Below are positions 44,774-54,778 of a DNA stretch of 64,000 bases, in pieces. The notes below the pieces were generated by a model, which ran no database searches, had not been told where the DNA came from, and saw only the letters and a list, made by a program, of their open reading frames with translations. The DNA is from Nitrospinales bacterium (lineage in GTDB: Bacteria; Nitrospinota; Nitrospinia; Nitrospinales; VA-1). The stretch is taken from NCBI GenBank assembly GCA_965262115.1, contig OZ253496.1:1536001-1600000 (forward strand), written 5' to 3'. Each line of letters starts with the position of its first letter. The stretch's first letter is position 1. The position numbers were made by a program, and so were the translations under genes.

Positions 44774-46218
44774 GGGCCTGTTGCCCAAACCTTTTGATAG
44801 AAGCGTGGGTTTATAAGGATTATAATTTATCTGGCTAGTTTTTGTTCTTCTACAGTTTTAATCTTTTTTTCCGGGAGTCATTCCCATGATGAAACGCGAA
44901 ACCCCGTCCCAGAGCGTATTCTTTAACTAGGCCGTGAATCTTGAAGATCGGAGTCCTCCAGATCACGAGTTGCGGCAAGTTTCTTCCGTTTTGAACCTGG
45001 ATTTTGTGTATGAACAAGTAAAGGATAAGTACGGCCACAATGGCAACGAATCGGTTCCGCCTCCGGTGATGCTAAAACTGATGTTGCTGCTCATCTTTTA
45101 CAACGTTCGTTCCGAACGTGAGTTGATGCGTACGCTTCCGTAGCGGATGGATTGGCTCTGGTTTCTGGGTTATGGTCTGGACACTGTGATTCCTAATCCC
45201 AGCGTATTATCGAAACCAAGGGTTACGAGAAACTTTGTGAGAGACTGGGCGAACCGGAGGAATCCAATAATCGGCGGGTACGCAGAGAAGTTAATGTTCG
45301 TTACCGTTCTACGACCGCTCCGGATGCGGCGATTGTGCCGCGCGGGGGTTCGCGTTTGCGTTATAAAGTACATCGTTCGGTGGATCCGGCGGCGGAAGTG
45401 ATCACCACGACTGAGGTGACACGTGGCGATGTAGACGATTCGCATCGGTTCAGTGCCATGCTGGAAGCGCACCAGGAAAATACCGGGATGTCAGCGAAGA
45501 CCGCAGTGGCCGACAGTAAATACGGTACGGTGGAAAACTTTCTTGCCTGCAAAGATATGGGCATTCAACCCCATATGCCCGACCTGAAAAAGAGTCAGGA
45601 AACAGACGGCAAACGTCATGGAATATTTTCCAACAGCGCATTTACATTCGACCCTGAAAGCGATACCTATATCTGCCCGGTGGGCAAACGCTTGCGGCTG
45701 AAGACCTGCCGGTTAAAAGAGCAGCGTATGTATTACGCCGCCAGAGCAGACGACGGTAATGCCTGCGAACTAAAATCCCAATGCACACGTAGTGCAACCG
45801 GACGCACGATCCAACGGGTTGATCGTCAGGACGACCTCGAAGAAATGCGCGCAATGGCAAAGACCCCAAAAGGAAAACAAGACCTGAAAACGAGACAGCA
45901 TCTTATGGAACGGTCATTCGCATATTCGGTGCCCTTGGGATTCAAAAGGGCACGGTGGCGAAGATTATGGCTGATCCAGATTCAAGAATACCTGACCGCA
46001 TCCATTCAAAACATCAAACGAATGATCCAACACCTGAAAAAACCGATTCACAGTCATGCACTGAAGGTCGTACAACGATTCAAAAACTGCTTGCAGGCTT
46101 CAACTTGGGGAGGAATGAATCTGGGTTTTGGGATTTCAATTTAGAAAAGAAAATTCGTAAGAAATACACAAAATTAATATCAGCAACCCTTCACGGCAAC
46201 CCTTTGGGCAACAGGCCC
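44774..46218 (+). mobile_element. IS1182-family element with defective transposase
   Basis: Perfect 16-bp TIRs GGGCCTGTTGCCCAAA (44774-44789/46203-46218); TTTT on both flanks; VRSERELM, ADSKYG and YICPVGK motifs; in-frame TAG stops and an internal deletion. Confidence 0.85.
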
Positions 46219-46278
46219 TTTTCTTGACTACAAGAGGGTAAAAGAAGCGTGGCAATCCAACCCTCCCCCAGCCCCTCC

Positions 46279-46647
46279 CTATGAAGGGAGGGGAGGCAGA
46301 TGTTTTAAAATCTTTTCAAAAACTCCATCCAGGTTTTCATAAACATCCTGATTGGTAAATCGCAGAAACCGTATCCCCATATCTTCGATGGTTTTCTGCC
46401 GGATTTCATCCGATTGGATCGCCGTTCCACTGAAATGAGAGTCTCCATCGATTTCAATCGCGAGTTTTGCCGATGGGCAATAAAAATCCAGAATGTATCG
46501 GTCGACACTGTATTGTCGCCCAAACTTATATCCACCGGCCTGTCTGTTTCGCAAAAACTGCCACAAAGCCACTTCCGCTAGCGGCATTTCTTTGCGCAAG
46601 GATTCTCTTTTGGTTTTTTCTGTGTTTCTGTTGAAAATTTTTACCAT
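46279..46647 (-). CDS. DUF559 (Vsr-like PD-(D/E)XK) endonuclease flanked by 39-bp inverted repeats
   Basis: RESLRKEM, YILDFYC, IEIDGDSH and LRFTN motifs. Confidence 0.88.
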   Translation of the reverse strand: MVKIFNRNTEKTKRESLRKEMPLAEVALWQFLRNRQAGGYKFGRQYSVDRYILDFYCPSAKLAIEIDGDSHFSGTAIQSDEIRQKTIEDMGIRFLRFTNQDVYENLDGVFEKILKHLPPLPS

Positions 46648-46809
46648 AGCTTTCTACATTCCAAGCCCCCCTCCCTTCATAGGGAGGGGCTGGGGGAGGG
46701 TTGGATCAAAGTTAGCATCCGAACCTGAAAACAGGTTAACAAATAGTTGAAGATGGTGTAAATAATTTTTGTGTCTGCTTTGAGGCTGGAGGCGGCTCAA
46801 GTACTTTTT

Positions 46810-47092
46810 TTATAGTCCCTCCCTATGAAGGGAGGGATAGATATCGGCAGAGAGGGTTTGAGTCATTTTTTGATGCTCGGCAAACTCCAGGCCGTTGTCA
46901 TAAGTGATGGTGTGAACCCGGTTCCGGTGAGGGGCAAGCCCCTGTTCGATGCGTTGGCGGACCTGTGGGACCTGTTTGGTTTTCGATGCGGTCAGAACCG
47001 TATATTGAGTTTTGCGCTCCACAAGAGTGGCAACAACGCCGACCTTTACCGATGAGGGTATCGCCTTCCCAGTCTCCGACACGAAATGGCAT
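46810..47092 (-). pseudogene. IS30-family transposase fragment
   Basis: GDWEGDT, TLVERKT and TITYDNGLEF motifs across frames. Confidence 0.8.
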
Positions 47093-47189
47093 TTTGTTAT
47101 TTTTATCTATTGTGGATCATTCTGGATAAAAATACGGCGGAATTAAAAGAGGCCGGGTCTTTCGGGGAACGGTTGTCGCTAATTTAGCT

Positions 47190-48284
47190 TCATCGTCCCA
47201 GGCAAATGCCGATTGACTCAGCAGTACGGACCAGTTGCGAGTCATCGGGTACCTGACGGACGATTCCAGCCAGGGATGCCAGCGGAACTAAGACAATATC
47301 CTGAGATTTCAAAGCCACCATAGTGCCAAATTTCCCTTCTGCGGCGGCTTCGACCGCCTGGGTTCCCAACCGGGTACCAAGCACCCGGTCAAAAGCCAAA
47401 GGAGTGCCACCTCTTTGCGTATGACCTAAAACCGTGCAACGCACTTCCAAATCGATTCGATCGCTCAATTGCTTGGCGATATAATTGCCCACTCCTCCCA
47501 ACTGAGCGACTCCCTGCAATCGGGTAGATGCCGCCTCACTGGTGATGGCTTCCTTGCCAATCTCTTTGGCACCTTCGGCCACCACGATCACGCTGAAAGG
47601 ACTGCCCCCTTCTTCCCGCAAGCGGATTTTTTCCCGGACTTTTTCAAGGTTGTAAGGGATTTCCGGAATAAGAATGACATGAGCTCCGCCGGAAATTCCG
47701 GCTTCCAGAGCGGTCCATCCGGCACTCCGGCCCATTACTTCCAGGATCATGATGCGATGGTGACTTTCGCCAGTGGTTTTCAGTCTGTCCAAGGCATCGC
47801 AAGCAACCTGCACGGCGGTCTGGTAACCAAACGTGTAGTCCGTTCCCACCAGATCGTTATCAATCGTCTTGGGAATGCCGATCACCGGCAACCCTTTTTC
47901 AAAAAATTTGTGCCCCAACTGCAGGGTTCCATCCCCGCCCACCACAAACAGGCAGTCCAGTTCAAGGCGCTTGAAATTTTCAATCGTTTTTTGGGAATAG
48001 TCCTGAGTGGTCAGGTTGCCGTCTTTATCGAATTGGCGGTACTCAAAAGGATCTCCTTTATTGGTGGTCCCGAGAATGGTTCCCCCTAACGTCAGGATGT
48101 CCTTGGTTCCGGCTACGGTGAGCTTGCAGTTGCGGTCAAAGATCAAGCCTTCGAAACCCTGCTCGATGCCAATGACTTCAGCTTTATAGGTGATGATCGC
48201 GGATCGGGTGACCGCCCGGATGACCGCATTGAGTCCCGAGCAATCTCCCCCGCCGGTCAGAATGCCAACACGTTTAAGGCCCAT
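47190..48284 (-). CDS. pfkA: 6-phosphofructokinase (group III-like)
   Basis: GGGDCSGLN, GGDGT, PKTIDND and EVMGR motifs. Confidence 0.93.
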   Translation of the reverse strand: MGLKRVGILTGGGDCSGLNAVIRAVTRSAIITYKAEVIGIEQGFEGLIFDRNCKLTVAGTKDILTLGGTILGTTNKGDPFEYRQFDKDGNLTTQDYSQKTIENFKRLELDCLFVVGGDGTLQLGHKFFEKGLPVIGIPKTIDNDLVGTDYTFGYQTAVQVACDALDRLKTTGESHHRIMILEVMGRSAGWTALEAGISGGAHVILIPEIPYNLEKVREKIRLREEGGSPFSVIVVAEGAKEIGKEAITSEAASTRLQGVAQLGGVGNYIAKQLSDRIDLEVRCTVLGHTQRGGTPLAFDRVLGTRLGTQAVEAAAEGKFGTMVALKSQDIVLVPLASLAGIVRQVPDDSQLVRTAESIGICLGR

Positions 48285-49604
48285 GGGAAACAGTTACAGG
48301 TTCCGCAATCAGGTCATAATCCGCCGCGTGCTTTATGGTTACCGGAATTATTTCTCCGGGTTCGGCTTCACATTTTTCGAGGATGACCTGTCCGTCAATA
48401 TCCGGTGCCTGGGAGGCGAGCCTTCCCGTCATCAAATAATTTTCCTGCGGGTCAAAACCTTCCACCAAAACCGGTTCCACCCTGCCCACGCGCTCCCGGT
48501 TTTTTCTGAGAGCAATATCTTTTTGAAATTCCATCAGGATATCGCGGCGCTCTTCTTTGACCTCCTGCGGTACCCGGTCGGGATAATCGAAGGCAGTGGT
48601 GCCTTCCTCATCCGAATAAGTAAAAATCCCAACATGGTCGAATTCCATTTCACAAAGAAACCGGACCGTATGTTTAAAATGCGTCTCGGTCTCCCCCGGA
48701 AATCCGATGATAAACGTGGTTCTCAGCGCCACATCGGGAATTTTTAATCGAACTTCTTCGAGCATTTTCCGCACCCCGCCTGCCGTTTCATGCTTTTAAG
48801 CATCTCGTCATGCGTATGTTGCAGAGGCACATCAATGTAGCGGCAGACTTTGGGCTCTGAGGCGATGAACTCAATCACCTCCGAGTTCAAAAAGGTCGGG
48901 TAACAATATAAAAGCCTGATCCACTCCAACCCATCGACCTTGGCCATTTCTGCCAGCAAGCGAACCAGTCCGTCTTTCATTCCCAAGTCAAAACCGTACA
49001 TGGTGGTGTCTTGCGAAATCAGGTTAAATTCTTTGACTCCCTTGCTGGCCAGGTTCTCGGCCTCGGCCAGAATGGATTCCGGCGAGCGACTGCGCATCGG
49101 CCCACGCATTTTCGGAATGATGCAAAACGCGCAACGGTTGGAGCAACCTTCGGAGATTTTTAAATAAGCAGTATAAAAAGCTGTGCTCAACAACCGGTCG
49201 GTGTACGACTCATAATATTCGGCGGGTGTGGCGACATGGTTTTTGGATAACGGGTCTGTATCCCCAATGATGTTTTTCAATTGAGGGTACTGGCCCACCC
49301 CCAGCAGGTGGTCGATTTCTGGAATTTCATCAAGCAGTTCCTGACTATACCGTTCGGCCAGACAACCGGTGACGACCAACTGTTTGCATTCCCCCTCGGT
49401 CTTGTGCCGGGCCATTTCCAGAATCGTGTCGATCGATTCCTTTTTGGCAGACTCTATAAAGCCGCAAGTGTTGACAATGATTACCTCTGCATCTTCTTCA
49501 TTCTGGGTGAGGCTGAATCCAGAAGAAACCAGATCGCCCAGAACCCTTTCGGTGTCCACCGTGTTTTTCGGACACCCCAAACTCACCATGCCAATTTTTT
49601 TCAT
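48274..49604 (-). pseudogene. rimO: Ribosomal protein S12 methylthiotransferase, frameshifted near 48775
   Basis: SLGCPKN, NTCGFI, CSNRCAFC and C-terminal APDIDG TRAM motifs across two ORFs. Confidence 0.9.
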
Positions 49605-49639
49605 TCTCTGTCTTAACTCCCTGAATCCCCTTGTCAGGC

Positions 49640-49888
49640 AGACCTTTGCGTAAGTCTATAAAGCAGAAAAGCGAGATGCTTCGAGATACCCCTACGGGGC
49701 ATGAAGTTTAATGAAGAGGATATCACATACCCCTCCTACCCCTCCGGGGCATGAAGTTAATGGAAGGGGATATAACAGGCTCAAGAAGGCAAAGGTCGAG
49801 TATCACTAGCTCAGCATGACAATAAAAGGCTATTTTGTCATTCTGAGGAGCTATTGCAACGAAGAATCTTGGGTTATGCAAAGGTCTC
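49640..49888. mobile_element. MITE/CGTC composite carrying three stacked 39-41 bp micro-elements
   Basis: Filled counterpart of 39598-39725. Confidence 0.85.
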
Positions 49889-49937
49889 CTTCTTAGGGGG
49901 AAGTTCTTTTAAGTATTACCCTTCCGGGGCACGAAGG

Positions 49938-50627
49938 CTAATGAAGAGTATCACGTGCGCTTGAGCGTTTGGTCCGCTTTATAGGCAATGCAGTGCTGGC
50001 AGCATGTGATACCCCTTCACTTGTTTCATGCCCCGTAGGGGTACGCCGAGCGGTTAACTTTTTATCCATTTTGCGAATGAGTTCATCAAAACTCTTTTTT
50101 TTAATCACCTTGTAAAACTGACTGCGCAAATTGTTCCGCATGCTGATCCCGTCCAGAATGACATCCACCACCTGCCATTTACCTCCGGCCAGAGTCAGAT
50201 GAAAATCGATGTCGACTTCCCCTTCCTTTTCATGAATCACCGTCAGGGGAACCACAACAACTTTCTTTTTTTCTTTGGTTTTTCCATATTCCAGATCCAG
50301 TTCGGCAAAAAATTTCGCAGAACTGGGAAATGCCACATGGACGAACAGGTCCCCGAGCAGGGTTTTAAACTTTTCTCGCTCGGGATCACTGCGCTTAGCC
50401 CAATGTTTTCCTAAAGCTTTTTTGCTGATTTCTGCGACATTCAGCAAACCAAGAGCAGATTGGGAATGCTTCTGGTTGTCTGCCTCTTCTAAACCCGAAA
50501 CATCCGCTTTAATCTGTTGAATTTCTCCCAACAACTTTTTCACCGAATCCTGGGGGTCTTTGGTTTCTGCCCAGAGCGGACTGGTGGTCAAAACAATAAA
50601 AAGAACAGCACTTAAGGTTTTTTTCAT
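49938..50627 (-). CDS. MlaC/Ttg2D-like periplasmic lipid-binding protein with repeat-derived C-terminal extension
   Basis: Signal peptide; ALGKHW and WQVVDVILDGISMRNNLRSQF motifs. Confidence 0.8.
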   Translation of the reverse strand: MKKTLSAVLFIVLTTSPLWAETKDPQDSVKKLLGEIQQIKADVSGLEEADNQKHSQSALGLLNVAEISKKALGKHWAKRSDPEREKFKTLLGDLFVHVAFPSSAKFFAELDLEYGKTKEKKKVVVVPLTVIHEKEGEVDIDFHLTLAGGKWQVVDVILDGISMRNNLRSQFYKVIKKKSFDELIRKMDKKLTARRTPTGHETSEGVSHAASTALPIKRTKRSSARDTLH

Positions 50628-50736
50628 ATTCGTCTATGATAGGTTCAGCATTGCATATTTAGTGGGGGCTTCTCATAAATTATAACGCAAACCGCAAGTT
50701 CATTTAACAAATTTTAATCCCTTTATAAAACGACAC

Positions 50737-51519
50737 ATGGCTGAAGACTCATCCCAAACAAAGAGACTTTTAAAGGGCCGGGTTTTCCTACTGGCAGTAT
50801 TTCTCGTGATTCTAACCGGGAAAACCTCCTTTGCCGGGCCGGCCGAGATCGATAAACAGTATCAGCAAGCCAAAACCTTGAAAGAGTTTGAACGCATCGC
50901 CGAAGAAATCCGGAAAACCCTCGAAAAAGAACCGGGCAGCCCCCAATGGCAATGGCGACTGGCTCGATCCCATTACGCCATCGCCAAACGAACGGAGGAC
51001 GAAGACATCGCAAACCAGCAATACGACCTGTGCATCGAGCACAGTAGCCGGACTCTGGAAATGCAACCGGACTCGGCCATCGGTTATTTTTTCCGTGCCA
51101 TATGCCGAGGCAAACAGGGGGAGATGAAAGACATGTGGTCCAGCCTGGGAATCATCGATCCTTTTGAAGAAGATATGAAAAAAGCGTTAGAGCTGGATCC
51201 GGCTATCCAGAACGGCGGCCCGAACCGCGCGCTGGGCAAGTTTTATTTGGAGTTGCCCTTTTTTCTAGGTGGCAGCACAGATCAATCGATTTATCACCTT
51301 AAAGAAGCAGTTCGCCTGAGTCCTGATTACGCAGAAAACCACCTTGGGCTGGCCCAGGCTTATTATGCTAAAAATAATTTCACCTCCGCGCGAAAATCGC
51401 TTTCCACCCTACTTAGTCTGACCGATAATGTTGCGGACAATGAGGACCTTTTAAAACTCAGGACAAAAGGCCAGGAGTTGATGAAAAAGCTGACCACTGA
51501 TTATTCCCACACCTTATGA
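50737..51519 (+). CDS. Secreted TPR-like protein
   Basis: Signal peptide; WRLARS and RALGKFYLELPFFLGGS TPR-like pattern. Confidence 0.7.
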   Translation: MAEDSSQTKRLLKGRVFLLAVFLVILTGKTSFAGPAEIDKQYQQAKTLKEFERIAEEIRKTLEKEPGSPQWQWRLARSHYAIAKRTEDEDIANQQYDLCIEHSSRTLEMQPDSAIGYFFRAICRGKQGEMKDMWSSLGIIDPFEEDMKKALELDPAIQNGGPNRALGKFYLELPFFLGGSTDQSIYHLKEAVRLSPDYAENHLGLAQAYYAKNNFTSARKSLSTLLSLTDNVADNEDLLKLRTKGQELMKKLTTDYSHTL

Positions 51520-53216
51520 TTAAAGAAATTAGAATCCGAAATTTTGCCACTATAGAAAATCTTGCGGTGAACTTTGAGAAAGGATTGAACGTGCTGACCG
51601 GTGAAACCGGCGCGGGTAAATCCATCATCATCGACGCGCTGAATCTCCTGCTAGGAGGTAGGGCCGATACCGATTCCATCCGTTCCGGAGAAACCACCGC
51701 TTTTGTGGAAGCAGCCTTCGAAGTCACCGACCCCATGACTCTCGACTTGATTTTGGAATTCGGCATCGAAATAGAGGATGGAGAACTTCTTGTCAAACGC
51801 CAGATTTCCAACGCTGGGAAAAATCGCTGCCTACTCAATGATAGTCCGGTCACGGTTTCCACCCTGGCAAAAATTGGTGACCGCCTGGTCGATCTGCATG
51901 GGCAACACGATCACCAGACCCTGCTTCATCCTGAAGTCCACGTCGATCTTTTAGACCTGTACGGCAAATGCAGGACACTCCGCGATGAGTTCTCCGGGAA
52001 GTTCTCGGACCACCAGACTGGGACGAAAAAATTGCAGTCCATGAAAATGGATGAGCAGGAGCTGGTACAAAAACAGGAGTTCCTGAACTTTCAACTCAAC
52101 GAGATTGATCAGGCCCAGCTCTCGGAGGAAGAAGAGGAAGAAATCAAGGCGGAGCGCAATAAACTGAAACACGCCGGACAAATTCGCGAAGGCCTGCAAA
52201 AAAGCCAGTCGCTGTTGACCGATGAAAGCGGCTCCATACTGGAAAACCTGGGGCAGGTTTTGAAAGAGCTGGAATCGGTTCTCGACATCGATCCCAGCAT
52301 GAAAGAAACGGTTGAACGGTCCCGTTCCGCTTTCTATGAACTGGAAGAGGTGGTGGAGTCTTTACGAAACTATGACCGATCTTTGGAGTTCAATCCGAAC
52401 AGACTGGAAGAAATTGAAGACCGGCTCGCCGAGATAAGCGGACTAAAACGAAAATACGGCAACGACATCGCAGAAATTTTAAAGCGCCGGGAACAGATCG
52501 CCCAGGAGTTGGAGCAGTTGGCCTCCAATGATGAAAACATGAAAGCCCTGGAAGAAGAACTGAAGAAAAAAGAAAAGGCGCTTGCCGAACTCAGCATCCG
52601 CCTGGCTGAAAAAAGAGAAGCCGCCGCCAAAAACCTTACCAACAGTGTTGAGAAGGAGCTGAAAGAACTGAGCATGGGCAGCGTCCAGCTTGGCGTGCGT
52701 TTTGATTATCCGACCGACCCTGAGGGATTCATCCTGTTCCGCAAAGAAAAAATGAAAGCCACACCAACCGGATTGGGCACACTGGAATTTTTGTTTTCGT
52801 CGAATCCGGGTGAAGAACTGCGCCCCCTGGCTAAAATCGCCTCAGGCGGTGAATTATCGCGGGTGATGCTGGCTTTGAAATCTATCTTGAACGACCAGGA
52901 CACCATCCCGGTGATGATCTTCGATGAAGTGGATACCGGCATCGGTGGAAGAGTGGCAGAAAAGGTGGGAACCAAATTACAAAAAGTCGCCAGTACCAAA
53001 CAGGTTTTTTGCATCACTCACCTGCCACAAATTGCCGGGATGGCTTCTTTCCATTACCGGGTAGAAAAAGAAGTAAAAGGGAAACGCACACGCTCCACCA
53101 TCCGCCAACTGGAACATGAAGAACGCGTTGAAGAACTGGCCCGCATGTCGAGCGGAGAAAACATCACCAACGCCTCCCTCAATCACGCCCGCGAAATGCT
53201 TCGGCCCACCCGCTAG
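51516..53216 (+). CDS. recN: DNA repair protein RecN
   Basis: TGETGAGKS, HGQHDHQ, ASGGELSR, FDEVD and ITHLPQIA motifs. Confidence 0.97.
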   Translation: MIKEIRIRNFATIENLAVNFEKGLNVLTGETGAGKSIIIDALNLLLGGRADTDSIRSGETTAFVEAAFEVTDPMTLDLILEFGIEIEDGELLVKRQISNAGKNRCLLNDSPVTVSTLAKIGDRLVDLHGQHDHQTLLHPEVHVDLLDLYGKCRTLRDEFSGKFSDHQTGTKKLQSMKMDEQELVQKQEFLNFQLNEIDQAQLSEEEEEEIKAERNKLKHAGQIREGLQKSQSLLTDESGSILENLGQVLKELESVLDIDPSMKETVERSRSAFYELEEVVESLRNYDRSLEFNPNRLEEIEDRLAEISGLKRKYGNDIAEILKRREQIAQELEQLASNDENMKALEEELKKKEKALAELSIRLAEKREAAAKNLTNSVEKELKELSMGSVQLGVRFDYPTDPEGFILFRKEKMKATPTGLGTLEFLFSSNPGEELRPLAKIASGGELSRVMLALKSILNDQDTIPVMIFDEVDTGIGGRVAEKVGTKLQKVASTKQVFCITHLPQIAGMASFHYRVEKEVKGKRTRSTIRQLEHEERVEELARMSSGENITNASLNHAREMLRPTR

Positions 53217-53763
53217 GCGCGGGGCCGACTGCAATAGCTTTCCCTGGCAAGCAATAGGTTAGCCCGGCCTGATGAGCCGCCGAGGGCAAAAACTTCTCCC
53301 CTGACAGGTGGACGTGATATTTTTCCTAAATTTTCGTACCCCGAAGGGATATTGAGGGGGGTTGATTTTTTAACTCCCTCTTTCTCAAACTCGAACAATA
53401 GGAAGACGTTTTGTTCGACGGGTTGGGGTGATTGACCACAAGAAGGGGGTTTGTCGTCATTGCGAACGAAGTGAAGCAATCCAGTTGCTAGTACCCCAAA
53501 ACCGTATGAAACACAGCACCAATTCCGACACACCAGTAAATGTCGGCACCAATAAGGTTCCAAACTGCGGCTGATTTCTCTAAAGGTCATTGCATCACCG
53601 CCTTAACCACAAAGAAAAAGAACGCGAGCATGGTGAGGACGGTGTTCGCCACCGCCGACCAGATCATGATTGTGTGCGCAATATTCCCATCACTAACTTC
53701 ATGCCCCGTAGGGGGGGTATAATAGTTTTTCCATATCACTTGCCATTCTGAGTTTGTAGGTCT

Positions 53764-53863
53764 GTCATGCTGAGCTAGTGATATTTGATCTTTGAATTCT
53801 TGCCCCGGAGGGGTATGTCGAAGCATCTCGATTCTTCGATTTTTCGACTTATGCAAAGGGCTC
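53764..53863. repeat. Half MITE/CGTC REP with a 39-bp micro-element (53777-53815)
   Basis: Reverse-strand homolog of 42073-42163. Confidence 0.75.
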
Positions 53864-53959
53864 CCTGTCAAGGGAGGGGTGAATGATCTCTTTACAACCT
53901 TGGTAACACTGAACTATTTCACAAGGCTCAAGGCCAGCCAACCCTCCCCCAGCCCCTCC

Positions 53960-54328
53960 CTATGAAGGGAGGGGAGGCAGATGTTTTAAAATCCTTTCGT
54001 AAACTCCATTCAGGTTTTCATAAACATCCTGGTTGGTAAAACGCAGAAACCGTATTCCCATATTTTCGATAACCTTCTGTCGGACCTGGTCCGATTGTGC
54101 AGCCTCTTCGCTAAAATGAGAATCCCCATCGATTTCAATCGCGAGTTTTGCCGATGGGCAATAAAAATCCAGAATGTATCGATCAACACTGTGTTGCCGC
54201 CGAAACTTGTGTCCATTTGCCTGCCTGTTTCGCAAAAACTGCCACAAAGCCACTTCCGCTGGGGGCATTTCTTTGCGCAAGGACTTTCTCCTGGTTTTTT
54301 CTGTATTTTTATTAAAAATTTTTACCAT
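53960..54328 (-). CDS. DUF559 endonuclease, paralog of 46279-46647, flanked by inverted repeats
   Basis: Colinear 122-aa paralog; KFRRQH and IEIDGDSH motifs. Confidence 0.88.
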   Translation of the reverse strand: MVKIFNKNTEKTRRKSLRKEMPPAEVALWQFLRNRQANGHKFRRQHSVDRYILDFYCPSAKLAIEIDGDSHFSEEAAQSDQVRQKVIENMGIRFLRFTNQDVYENLNGVYERILKHLPPLPS

Positions 54329-54508
54329 TGTTTTTTTGTTTTTCATATCCCCTCCCTTCATATGGAGGGGTTTGGGGAGGGCTGGATTAAAGCAATGCAT
54401 TATCCTGAACTTCCCCTGGTTGAGTGGACACATTGAAAGTGTGGATAATACATTTTTGGAGGTGTGTCTATGGTGAGCAAGCGAAGGAGTTTTAGTAAGG
54501 AGGTGGGA

Positions 54509-54697
54509 ATGCAGTACCAGCTCAAAATTGTTTTCGTGGATAATCAGGAGCTGGTTCTCGATACGACCCAAAAGCATGGTTTCAGCGATGACCTGGAACT
54601 GTTCGAGGTGACCACCTCGGAGGAAATTTTTGTGGTTCCCCTCAAACAGAGCAAATATATCTCCCGCGACGCCGGAATCTTTCAAATAGGAGTCTAA
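54509..54697 (+). CDS. Small hypothetical protein (62 aa)
   Basis: AAGGAGGT RBS before MQYQLKIVF. Confidence 0.6.
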   Translation: MQYQLKIVFVDNQELVLDTTQKHGFSDDLELFEVTTSEEIFVVPLKQSKYISRDAGIFQIGV

Positions 54698-54778
54698 CTT
54701 CCCCGCATTAGAGATTGACACGAGCAGATGACTTAGCTAAAATCCGTTGCATGTTTATTAAAACGGGGGGGGGGGATA

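Noticed and set aside
49687..49807. Tandem ~40-bp repeats as a CRISPR array
   Set aside because: No unique spacers, the copies are nested and divergent, and there are no cas genes; better explained as stacked micro-element insertions.
41822..53551. tRNA-Leu 3' end (TCGGCACCA) recurring near 53543 as attL/attR of an island
   Set aside because: Only a 9-bp match, no integrase, and the interval holds core genes (mnmG, pfkA, recN).
54329..54721. 253-aa long form of the second DUF559 ORF
   Set aside because: The extension runs through the inverted repeat and antisense to a small gene with a strong RBS; the paralog starts at MVKIF.
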